Of a stretch of DNA of 54,933 nucleotides, positions 47,653 through 54,933 are shown piece by piece (within the stretch, counting starts at the first letter, position 1; every line of letters begins with the position of its first letter). The DNA is from a virus (taxonomy: Duplodnaviria; Caudoviricetes): IMG/VR virus record IMGVR_UViG_3300032314_000362, positions 1 through 54,933 of that record, one strand, 5' to 3'. A model generated the notes under the pieces. The model was not told the origin of the DNA. It ran no database searches and saw only the letters and a program-made list of their open reading frames with translations. A program made the translations under genes and the position numbers.

Positions 47653-48033
47653 TCAAGATTCCCATGATGTCGGGATCGCTCCAGACGTGATCGCATGGGT
47701 CGTCGACCATGTTGACGGGTTGGGTGATATGGATGATAGTTGCCAGACGTTCAGCAGGCGTCCGCTGCGCGTCGTTTCAACCTCTACGCAGGTAAACCCG
47801 CGTTTCTCATACCACGCATTCGAGGCCAAATCCTGCGGACACTTGGCGCGAATGATCGTCGCCTTTGCCTTTAGCATCTCAAGCATCCGACTGCCTGCGC
47901 CGGGTTGGGTGCTGATGATCTCGTAAATGACTAGCACGCCGTCGCGCTTGCGGATACGGAAGCGACACATGCCGCCTTCGACTAGGATCAATTCCCCGCG
48001 CTGGCTGGACTCATACAGCGATTCAAAGACCAT
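47653..48033 (-). CDS. GNAT-family acetyltransferase
   Basis: IYEII...QPGAGSRML (motif A) and SNAWYEKRGF (motif B). Confidence 0.7.
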   Translation of the reverse strand: MVFESLYESSQRGELILVEGGMCRFRIRKRDGVLVIYEIISTQPGAGSRMLEMLKAKATIIRAKCPQDLASNAWYEKRGFTCVEVETTRSGRLLNVWQLSSISPNPSTWSTTHAITSGAIPTSWES

Positions 48034-48646
48034 TGATATACTCCATAATGTTCTGCGCGCTGATTCGCGCATTATTTTGCGTTGTGTCTTGTACTGCAAT
48101 CCACCGTCCGCACTGGAAGATTTGCCCATGCGCGGCCTTCATCGCCAGCTTATTGCCGTCTGCGCTGATGACTGTTCCGCCTAAGCGTGTGATTCGCTGG
48201 ATTTCACGCGCCTGTGCTACTGGATCACCGCCAAGCAGGTGATAGTTGCCGGGACGAATTTCGTCATCTACTGGCAGGTATCCGCTGTACTGCGTGGGGA
48301 TACTGATGCAGATCACAATGTCTGGATCATCGGGAATCAACGCCAGCGCGCCAGCGTACTTGGGCGCTACACCGATCAATTGCACGCCCTCAGCGCGAAG
48401 ATCAGCGATGTGCAATTTGATCGTTTCAATATCCCGATATATTTCAAGGTCGGGCGTCAAAGCAAAGGTAGGCTTAAGCTGGCGAACCTTGCGAATATAC
48501 TGCGCCCATCGCGGGGATAGCCCAGCGTCGAGCATGTACACGGGGGCATAGGCTTTGTAGTCGTAGCGCACGCCGTAGGCCATGCCTGCTTGTTCTGCGA
48601 TGGATGGGGCGGACATATCACCGCCCCTGCAGTAGATGAATTTCAT
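48023..48646 (-). CDS. Hypothetical protein, possibly DUF6610 / TGT-DpdA-like TIM barrel
   Basis: ALTPD, YHLLGG and ISADGN resemble tRNA-guanine-transglycosylase-like barrel motifs. The family call is from memory. Confidence 0.45.
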   Translation of the reverse strand: MKFIYCRGGDMSAPSIAEQAGMAYGVRYDYKAYAPVYMLDAGLSPRWAQYIRKVRQLKPTFALTPDLEIYRDIETIKLHIADLRAEGVQLIGVAPKYAGALALIPDDPDIVICISIPTQYSGYLPVDDEIRPGNYHLLGGDPVAQAREIQRITRLGGTVISADGNKLAMKAAHGQIFQCGRWIAVQDTTQNNARISAQNIMEYINGL

Positions 48647-48733
48647 TGAATTAATCCCCCGCCACTGTTACGTATCGAATTAAGTTGTTTTTCATGAAAT
48701 CCTCTCTTATGCTTGGCTGAAGATTGTGCGTAG

Positions 48734-48773
48734 GCACATTGCTCGGCACGCGCTAACGTGCCGAGTGGTCTAC
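48734..48773 (-). repeat. Intergenic structured element, copy A
   Basis: GUAGAC-CA-CUCGGCACG-UUAGCG-CGUGCCGAG-CA-AUGUGC. Confidence 0.8.
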
Positions 48774-50486
48774 CTACAAAGTCGTGATGGGAGTTGCCGA
48801 AAGCGCCTTCTGCACGTCACGCACGGCCATGTAGTGTGCAATCAGCGTTACACAATCGGCCTTGCTAAGTTGTTCTGGCAACGCCTCAACGGTGACTTCA
48901 GCGCCCAGCTTCTTGAGCATCCAGAGTTGCCGTTCGCTTGCTTCTTCTTGAAGCATCTTTTGCCATGTGGGTGATGTTGTAGTCATCTTGGAAGTGCGCG
49001 TCAACTGCGCTTCAATGTCGGCGCGGCGGTGAACGCCTAACGGCCTTGCCACCGGCGCTTTGTCAGAATCAGACTCTTTGGCGCAACGGTAAAGCGTGTA
49101 TTCCCCGCTATCCCCGATGGGGACTGCCAGATAGGTGACGCCGAACCCGTCAAGGTACGATAGCGCCCCGTCTGCCCCAACGTAGTACGGCCATGAGTTC
49201 TCACTCGCAACCGTCTGGATGCTTTCGGGAAGCAAACTCAAGTGTGCAAGTTGCATTTGCCGAACCGACGGACGGTTCTCGCGCCCGCAGTGCGGGCAAA
49301 CCGCCGTCCCGTGCATAAATTCGTTGTCGCAACCGCGACATGGAACCATGATCCCAAACAGGTCACTAGCCTTCGCTAACTTGTGGTCATTCACCTTCAT
49401 TTCGATAATGAGGGCGTACTCTTTGCCCTCAGCAAGCCGCAAACCGCGCCCTACCATTTGCTCATAGGCGGGTTGCGAACGGGTTGGGCGTGCGAGAATC
49501 ACGCAGCGCGTATCTGGCACGTCAAACCCTTCGGTAAACACGGCCACATTGATTAGCACGTCAATTTCACCCTTGCGGTAGGCGTCTACAATCGTTTTGC
49601 GTTCGCCTGCATCGGTTGTGCCGTCCACATGCCCAGCGCGCACGCCGTCGGCCTGTAGCGCTTGCGCGAGAGCGATGCTACTGGCAACCGTTGGCATAAA
49701 GACAATCGTCTTTCCGACAGCTTTGGCGTGCTTGTGGTAGGCTTGCTGAGTCTTTTCTACCCAGTTACTTGCGTTTAACTTCTCGCTTAGCCCTTTTTGT
49801 GAGAAGTCACCTTGACTGTTCGTGCGAACTTCGTTTGTGTCTACACCAGTCTGGTGTAGCAGGCGCACGGGCTTACATAGCCAACCCTTCTGGATTAAAT
49901 CAGCCGTCGGTATGTTGTAGTGAATCACCGAACTGTTGGGACGGTTCACCGCTTGCCGAAACACGGTATCCAAGCCCTTCTCATCGTGGCGCTTGGGCGT
50001 GGCGGTTATGCCTAAGCGTAAGACTTTAACCCCCGTTGGGGCGTTCTTGTCTAGGCCGTCTAGCATCGCGCCGTAGGTGTTGTCACCGACGGCATGATGT
50101 GCTTCATCAATGACCACATTTGTGATGTAACCAGAAGCCAGTAGCTTTGCCACATTCTTAGCCGTAAGGCTTTGAATCATGGCTACAGTGATGGGTCGCT
50201 TTGCTTCAACTGTGCCGCCGCCAAGCATCCCAATGTCTGCCGCTGGAATGCTACCATGAGCAATTAACCGCTCAATGATTTGCGTTACAAGTTCATGGCG
50301 ATGCACGACAATGAGCGTGCGTTCATCGGGTGATTGTGTGCGAACTTGGCGCATCCACTCGGCTAGGATAGTGGTTTTTCCCGCGCCGACGCCCGCTATC
50401 AGCGTTCCGTTGACGCGCCGCTGATGGGCAAGCATTAGTTTGGATACTGCTTCATTTTGGTAATCGCGTAGTTCAACTGTGGGCAT
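48774..50486 (-). CDS. SF2 DEAH helicase (RadD/YejH-like) with a Zn ribbon
   Basis: LRDYQ, GVGAGKT, IDEAHH, TATP, FTEGFD, QMVGRGLR and CxxC..CPHCG. Confidence 0.92.
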   Translation of the reverse strand: MPTVELRDYQNEAVSKLMLAHQRRVNGTLIAGVGAGKTTILAEWMRQVRTQSPDERTLIVVHRHELVTQIIERLIAHGSIPAADIGMLGGGTVEAKRPITVAMIQSLTAKNVAKLLASGYITNVVIDEAHHAVGDNTYGAMLDGLDKNAPTGVKVLRLGITATPKRHDEKGLDTVFRQAVNRPNSSVIHYNIPTADLIQKGWLCKPVRLLHQTGVDTNEVRTNSQGDFSQKGLSEKLNASNWVEKTQQAYHKHAKAVGKTIVFMPTVASSIALAQALQADGVRAGHVDGTTDAGERKTIVDAYRKGEIDVLINVAVFTEGFDVPDTRCVILARPTRSQPAYEQMVGRGLRLAEGKEYALIIEMKVNDHKLAKASDLFGIMVPCRGCDNEFMHGTAVCPHCGRENRPSVRQMQLAHLSLLPESIQTVASENSWPYYVGADGALSYLDGFGVTYLAVPIGDSGEYTLYRCAKESDSDKAPVARPLGVHRRADIEAQLTRTSKMTTTSPTWQKMLQEEASERQLWMLKKLGAEVTVEALPEQLSKADCVTLIAHYMAVRDVQKALSATPITTL

Positions 50487-50519
50487 GGGAAAAGCCTTTG
50501 CTATAGGGTCGGTTTATTG

Positions 50520-50548
50520 ATTATACCCGCAAAATACGCGATTGTCAA
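50520..50548 (-). promoter_or_regulatory. Consensus sigma70 promoter for the helicase
   Basis: TTGACA-17 nt-TATAAT. Confidence 0.85.
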
Positions 50549-50592
50549 ACCGCTTATGTGTGGGGCGAAACGTGTTTTGCGTGCTGCAAAGC

Positions 50593-50630
50593 GCACAATG
50601 ACGCCCTAGCGAACTAGGGCGCGGGTCTAC
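50593..50630 (-). repeat. Intergenic structured element, copy B
   Basis: GUAGAC-CCG-CGCCCUAG-UUCG-CUAGGGCG-UCA-UUGUGC. Confidence 0.75.
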
Positions 50631-50654
50631 GCTTTAATCGGCTACTCGTTACGC

Positions 50655-51401
50655 CTAGCGTGTGCGGCGTTCGTAATTAGGGCGGAGTTTGCTCCCATCC
50701 TCAAGCCGTGACCAGTGGGTAACGATCCCCGTTGCGCGGTCAAGGAAAAGATACAGTCCCCCGATGTGGTACACGGTGATTTCAGACCGCGTGACCCACG
50801 TAGGAAGTTCGGTGGCGCATTGATCTGGCAGGTCTTTAATTTCAACCTGTGCAACGGATTCCAGCGCGTTCAACCGCTTGCCCGCGCCCTCATGTTTCAC
50901 GTCGGGCATGTCTTGGAACGCCAGTGGACTGGCGACAGCGTGGCCTAACAGGAACCGCGAAAGCGAAAGCGTGGGCGATAGCCGCTGTGCCACATGCAAT
51001 AGCGGGGTCAACAGTTCCCTTGCAATAAGGAAGCCTGCGCTTGATACGTCAACGTGGGTTGTCTCCGACAGTGGACGGGAAAGCCAAACGATGTTATGGC
51101 CCCCGATATGCGGGTTTTCATCTGGTGAAGCGAGGTGGATGATGTATTGAACTAGAAGCCATTCGGCTTCAATGACCGCTTCTGCGGGCATAAGCACGTT
51201 TGCGCTCACACGGCGGTCACGGTTATACAGTTCTAGCGCGGCGTCCATCTTGGCTTCTACGCTACGGATAGCAACCGTAGCGGCAAGCCCAACATACGGC
51301 GCATAGCGAGGTAATTCAGCCACGCGGGCTAGGCGTTCGCGGTGATCTGGGTGAATCACTTCAATCAAAAGTTGGTGCTTTGCAATGCTTTGAATGTTCA
51401 T
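50655..51401 (-). CDS. Hypothetical early protein
   Basis: AAAGGGA SD before ATG 51401. Confidence 0.65.
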   Translation of the reverse strand: MNIQSIAKHQLLIEVIHPDHRERLARVAELPRYAPYVGLAATVAIRSVEAKMDAALELYNRDRRVSANVLMPAEAVIEAEWLLVQYIIHLASPDENPHIGGHNIVWLSRPLSETTHVDVSSAGFLIARELLTPLLHVAQRLSPTLSLSRFLLGHAVASPLAFQDMPDVKHEGAGKRLNALESVAQVEIKDLPDQCATELPTWVTRSEITVYHIGGLYLFLDRATGIVTHWSRLEDGSKLRPNYERRTR

Positions 51402-51443
51402 CGTTTTTTCCCTTTGTGTGCTTGTAGTCAACGTTGTGCGTCC

Positions 51444-51490
51444 GCACATTGCCGGGCTAGTGTGTTTTCCACACTAACCCAGTGGTCTAC
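51444..51490 (-). repeat. Intergenic structured element, copy C
   Basis: GUAGAC-CA-CUGGGUUAGUGUG-GAAAA-CACACUAGCCCGG-CA-AUGUGC. Confidence 0.8.
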
Positions 51491-52026
51491 GGACTTTCAG
51501 GGGCGGGTTGTGAGCGGCGGCGGTTAAAGTGATCCTTTTGGCTTGGTAACGGCAAGACAACGTAGTTACGCTGCGCCCACATGCCAGCATCAAACAGGGG
51601 ATTTTCACCGATAATCGGCAAATTGCTTTGACCGCTGTAGCGTTTCAACTCGCTACGCCACGCGCTAACCTGCTTGCGATAGTCGGTTAGGCTTGGCAGC
51701 ACGTACAGCAAGCGCCATTCCTTCACCTCATACGTCGTTGCGCCCCGTATCCCCCAGTACACGGCAAAAATCTGGTTCTTCGGCCACACAACCGCAATAT
51801 CTTCGGCTGTAAGGCTCTGGTCAATCCAAGCGCTTGACCGAGCGGTACTCAAAATGCTAGGGTTGTGAGACTGAAACTTGCTGTAGAACGTCGTTTGAAT
51901 CACGGGGGCGTTGCCGTCGGGGGTTTGTTCTTGGATTACTAGGTTAAACCCCACGTTGCCGTTGAGGTTCAACGATACCCCCCCAACTGCAAGCACGTCA
52001 AACTTCAGTAAACTTTGCTTTGGCAT
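51487..52026 (-). CDS. Hypothetical early protein
   Basis: TAAGGA SD before ATG 52026. Confidence 0.65.
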   Translation of the reverse strand: MPKQSLLKFDVLAVGGVSLNLNGNVGFNLVIQEQTPDGNAPVIQTTFYSKFQSHNPSILSTARSSAWIDQSLTAEDIAVVWPKNQIFAVYWGIRGATTYEVKEWRLLYVLPSLTDYRKQVSAWRSELKRYSGQSNLPIIGENPLFDAGMWAQRNYVVLPLPSQKDHFNRRRSQPAPESP

Positions 52027-52052
52027 GACTGTTGTCCTTATGGTAATTGTAG

Positions 52053-52095
52053 GCACATTACAGGGCATGAGGTGAACTCATGCCCCGGCATCTAC
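52053..52095 (-). repeat. Intergenic structured element, copy D
   Basis: GUAGAU-GC-CGGGGCAUGAG-UUCAC-CUCAUGCCCUG-UA-AUGUGC. Confidence 0.8.
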
Positions 52096-52104
52096 CCACT
52101 AAAC

Positions 52105-53340
52105 TTAAGCTGCGCTACTCATTGGCATGATAACCACGCTGGCAGGCGCGCCACTAACCGTAAACTGTAGCCGTACCATAGAATCTTTCACATCCACACG
52201 AATGAAGGGAATCATATTGCTTGACCCGTACTTCGTTGATTTAACTTGGTCGGCATGAGAGATTGCATCAAGAAAGTAGGTCACGTTGATGGCAAATTCA
52301 ACGCTTTCCATTAAAGAGTTGTAATCGTTGGTGCTACGGGATAAAACCTCAATGCTTGTATCGCCGCGTTCAGCGCTACTCGCAATTAAGCGCATTTTGC
52401 CATTTTCAGTTGGCGATTGTGCCGTAGTGTAAGAAAACCGCGTGATATTGGCGTTGTCTTTGGCGAATGTCCGCAGTAGCTTACACACTTTTACCAAGCT
52501 ATGCGGGTCTACCTCAAAACTATGATCTGGATTTTCAAAAGCATCTCGGATCACCTCATACTTTACAAAACTCACATCTGGCAATAGGTCGGCCACGCCG
52601 CCGCCTTTGCCCACCCATTTTGCTTGCGCTTCAATCGCTTTCTTGCCGGGGATATACTCTTGCCCGCAGTCTACCTTTTCAGTCACGTCTGAAAAATCTA
52701 CACAATCTAGCAAGTGTAAGCGGTAGCCGTCTGCACTAGCCGCTTGCATGATAGCGGGGTTGTAGCCGATGTGTTGCATCGAAGGGCGTTCATTGCCGCC
52801 CGCTACTTCATCTAAGAACGCTAACCCTAGCTTGCGTTGACGTTCTACGTTGTAATGGTCACACCAACTTCCACCCTTTGGCGCTGCTGGAATCTTGCTC
52901 TTGCGAATTGCCGTCACTTTATAGGCCTTGACCAATTCGCCAACGTTTTGGCCTACCATGCTTGCTTGCCAAAATGTGGTTTTACCGCCACGTTCACCCT
53001 GCCATATTTGTAGCGCAAGGATGTTGCCGGGGCGGGTTGTCAAGCCAAAGTGCAATGGGGATTCTAATTCAGACAATGCCAACAAATCGTTTAGGCGTGG
53101 CCGGTCAAGTTTGAACGATGCAACGGCTATAGACTCGTCCGTTACGTCTGGCAGTTCGTCTGCCAGATACCCGTATAATTGACCGTTCTTGAGGGCGAAC
53201 GCTTGCTGGTCAATCCAAAGGATAGACAAGCCGTTAGCGCGTGGCATGAGTGTTACTAACACCATTGGGTTAGCACTCATTTTGACTTGCGCTATGAGAT
53301 TTTTGTTAAGTGTAGCGAGTGTAGCGGCGTCTAGTTGCAT
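52105..53340 (-). CDS. Divergent DNA polymerase III beta-clamp-like protein
   Basis: C-terminal half has AASADGYRL, FAINVTYFLDAI and VVIMPM; the N-terminus is not recognisable. AAGGA SD before ATG 53340. Confidence 0.65.
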   Translation of the reverse strand: MQLDAATLATLNKNLIAQVKMSANPMVLVTLMPRANGLSILWIDQQAFALKNGQLYGYLADELPDVTDESIAVASFKLDRPRLNDLLALSELESPLHFGLTTRPGNILALQIWQGERGGKTTFWQASMVGQNVGELVKAYKVTAIRKSKIPAAPKGGSWCDHYNVERQRKLGLAFLDEVAGGNERPSMQHIGYNPAIMQAASADGYRLHLLDCVDFSDVTEKVDCGQEYIPGKKAIEAQAKWVGKGGGVADLLPDVSFVKYEVIRDAFENPDHSFEVDPHSLVKVCKLLRTFAKDNANITRFSYTTAQSPTENGKMRLIASSAERGDTSIEVLSRSTNDYNSLMESVEFAINVTYFLDAISHADQVKSTKYGSSNMIPFIRVDVKDSMVRLQFTVSGAPASVVIMPMSSAA

Positions 53341-53378
53341 GAGAGTATCCTTTTTTAATCCTATTGTGGGTAAAGTCC

Positions 53379-53422
53379 GCACATTGCCCGCCATGAACGC
53401 AAGCTCATAACGGGTTATCTGT
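53379..53422 (-). repeat. Intergenic structured element, copy E
   Basis: ACAGAU-AA-CCCGUUAUGAGC-UUGC-GUUCAUGGCGGG-CA-AUGUGC. Confidence 0.75.
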
Positions 53423-53430
53423 TGACTAGG

Positions 53431-54093
53431 CTAGAATTTGGCGTGCTGGGGGAATTGTATATCCCCGTAGTGGATCTGTGAGGTGTCGAAGTTCGGCAAG
53501 AACATTACCTTAACTCCTTGCCCGCGTGGGTCGCCATTTGCTATGGCAGTCCAACCGACGGACGCCGCAACCACTTTTGCTTCATCGGCCACAATGCGCC
53601 GTTGTGCGGCAATGGCGTCAACGTCTACGCCGTCCATTGTCCATTGCCCGCTCCAGATGAGTTGATTGCCCTTGCGGACATACTCACGCCGTCCGCAAGT
53701 GTAGGTAAAATTCAGGTGTTCTGCTTTCAGGCTAAGATTAGCCAAGCGATAGAGCGCAAGCGCTTGCAACGTGTATCCATCGCTACCATAAAGGTGGTGG
53801 GTTTCAGGCCGTAGCGCTTGCCACACGCGCATAACGCGCATAAGCGTAGCTTGCCGGGGTGTCATGTTCAGCAATTTTACCCACACGGGCATAGGTTGCG
53901 CTTGCCCGTTGTCAAGCTGCCACGCTAAGAGCGTCTTTCCTGATTGGCCGACAAGCACAACCACCGTTGCCAGCAATGGGTAGCCATGTTGCCAGTTCTC
54001 GACGCTTGCCAGTGCGCCGGCGCGTGATTTATGCTGCTCGCTGAACTGCAAGACCATTGATTCAGGGTTGTTAAACAGGTTTAACGTATACAT
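53431..54093 (-). CDS. Hypothetical early protein
   Basis: AAAGGA SD; C-terminal NGDPRG motif. Confidence 0.65.
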   Translation of the reverse strand: MYTLNLFNNPESMVLQFSEQHKSRAGALASVENWQHGYPLLATVVVLVGQSGKTLLAWQLDNGQAQPMPVWVKLLNMTPRQATLMRVMRVWQALRPETHHLYGSDGYTLQALALYRLANLSLKAEHLNFTYTCGRREYVRKGNQLIWSGQWTMDGVDVDAIAAQRRIVADEAKVVAASVGWTAIANGDPRGQGVKVMFLPNFDTSQIHYGDIQFPQHAKF

Positions 54094-54122
54094 GGTTTAT
54101 ATCCTTTGTGTGTGATAAAAAG

Positions 54123-54167
54123 GTACATTACAGCGCTAGACTTATGCGCCTAGCGCTGAATATCTAC
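54123..54167 (-). repeat. Intergenic structured element, copy F
   Basis: GUAGAU-AUU-CAGCGCUAGGC-GCAUAA-GUCUAGCGCUG-UA-AUGUAC. Confidence 0.8.
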
Positions 54168-54169
54168 CC

Positions 54170-54859
54170 TTACTTGGAGAGTGTTTTGTGAATCACAACT
54201 AGGGCAACGGGGGAATTAGGGATTAGATACCACACATCCGAACTGGGTAATTTTATCGCCCGCCGTTGACCGTCTAAATAAAACCCGTGAACGGTAAACA
54301 GTTCACCCCCATTTTTGTCTAAAAACCGCGTTCCGATAACGCCCTCTTTCCACGCTTTCCAAGCGATCAGGGGGGTATTGTCGGTGATGGACAAGAACTG
54401 GACATCGGTCAACACGTCAAGCGCGCTATTGCCGAAAACCTTACGCTTGGCAATTTCTGGCAGAATGAGGGCGGCATCATCAAAAGCATAGGTTATGTGC
54501 ATCTTGACGCCCTTATAGTCGCTTGCCGTCGGTGATCTAAACTTAACAGGGGAAACATACTCACAATCCCCGCCGTGACTCATGTCATGGTAGCCGATAT
54601 GCCAATGTGTAGTATTGGCTTGCATGGTCGCCGCTACAGCGGTAAACAGCGCGGTTTCCGTCGGGTAATCTGCGATATAGAAACATTGGTTGACGGCTAA
54701 AATCCGTTCCCCATGATAGGGGTTTTTCGCTTGACGTTCCACAGTGGCGCGCAGTGTCGGGCGGTCTGTGCGTAGACCGCCCCAGACACCCTTTGGTAGG
54801 GGCGTCCCGTCGTGACGTTTGCCGCGCAGCACGTTTTTAAAAGCCTTAGATAGTTTCAT
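54170..54859 (-). CDS. Hypothetical early protein
   Basis: GAGGA SD. Confidence 0.65.
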   Translation of the reverse strand: MKLSKAFKNVLRGKRHDGTPLPKGVWGGLRTDRPTLRATVERQAKNPYHGERILAVNQCFYIADYPTETALFTAVAATMQANTTHWHIGYHDMSHGGDCEYVSPVKFRSPTASDYKGVKMHITYAFDDAALILPEIAKRKVFGNSALDVLTDVQFLSITDNTPLIAWKAWKEGVIGTRFLDKNGGELFTVHGFYLDGQRRAIKLPSSDVWYLIPNSPVALVVIHKTLSK

Positions 54860-54886
54860 GTTGTATCCTCATGTTGGTTAATGTAT

Positions 54887-54926
54887 GCACATGCCCCAGC
54901 ACGTTAACCCGTGCTGGGTAATCTAC
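54887..54926 (-). repeat. Intergenic structured element, copy G
   Basis: GUAGAU-UA-CCCAGCACG-GGUUAA-CGUGCUGGG-GC-AUGUGC. Confidence 0.8.
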
Positions 54927-54933
54927 ACACACT

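Noticed and set aside
48651-48695. 14-aa ORF MKNNLIRYVTVAGD as a leader peptide
   Set aside because: It has a good SD but no attenuator structure or codon run; it may be a remnant and cannot be supported.
48734-54926. Junction elements as a CRISPR array (GTAGAT/TCTAC echoes Cas12a repeats)
   Set aside because: Copies are separated by whole genes of about 0.6-1.9 kb, the inner sequences differ, and there are no cas genes.
48734-54926. Junction elements as classical attC sites or intrinsic terminators
   Set aside because: No RYYYAAC/GTTRRRY cores, no integron integrase and no U-tracts. Only a loose cassette analogy is kept.
1-54933. Stop-codon reassignment
   Set aside because: Core genes are intact under the standard code, and TAA, TAG and TGA all end genes.

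Overview
The window looks like a complete or nearly complete, probably circularly permuted, ~55 kb genome of a long-tailed (siphovirus-type) bacteriophage. The host may be Chloroflexota/Anaerolineae, a tentative inference from the DnaB C-terminus. The + strand (2.4-28.4 kb) carries an amino-DNA methyltransferase, ThyX, a MazG-like protein and an HNH nuclease, then terminase, portal, a protease-scaffold-capsid fusion, neck and tail genes, a tape measure protein, tail tip genes, an XkdX-like gene and three membrane proteins. I see no recognisable endolysin. The - strand (28.4-54.9 kb, continuing into 1-1.6 kb) carries a ParM/ParR-like partition pair with phased repeats, a RecT-like annealase, a Dam-type methylase, a lambda-O-like initiator with iterons plus DnaC and DnaB, an SF2 helicase, a divergent beta-clamp and many unknowns. 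No integrase is visible. The most unusual non-coding signal is a family of seven structured elements, one at each gene junction from 48.7 to 54.9 kb (mRNA sense GUAGAY-hairpin-AUGUGC, with variable stems supported by G-U pairs). Other notable signals are a ~550 nt structured early leader, a dispersed 16-bp palindrome, an operator-flanked RHH module, head-to-head HTH genes sharing one CATG, and an internally deleted cytosine methylase. All functional calls come from reading motifs by eye; no searches were run.
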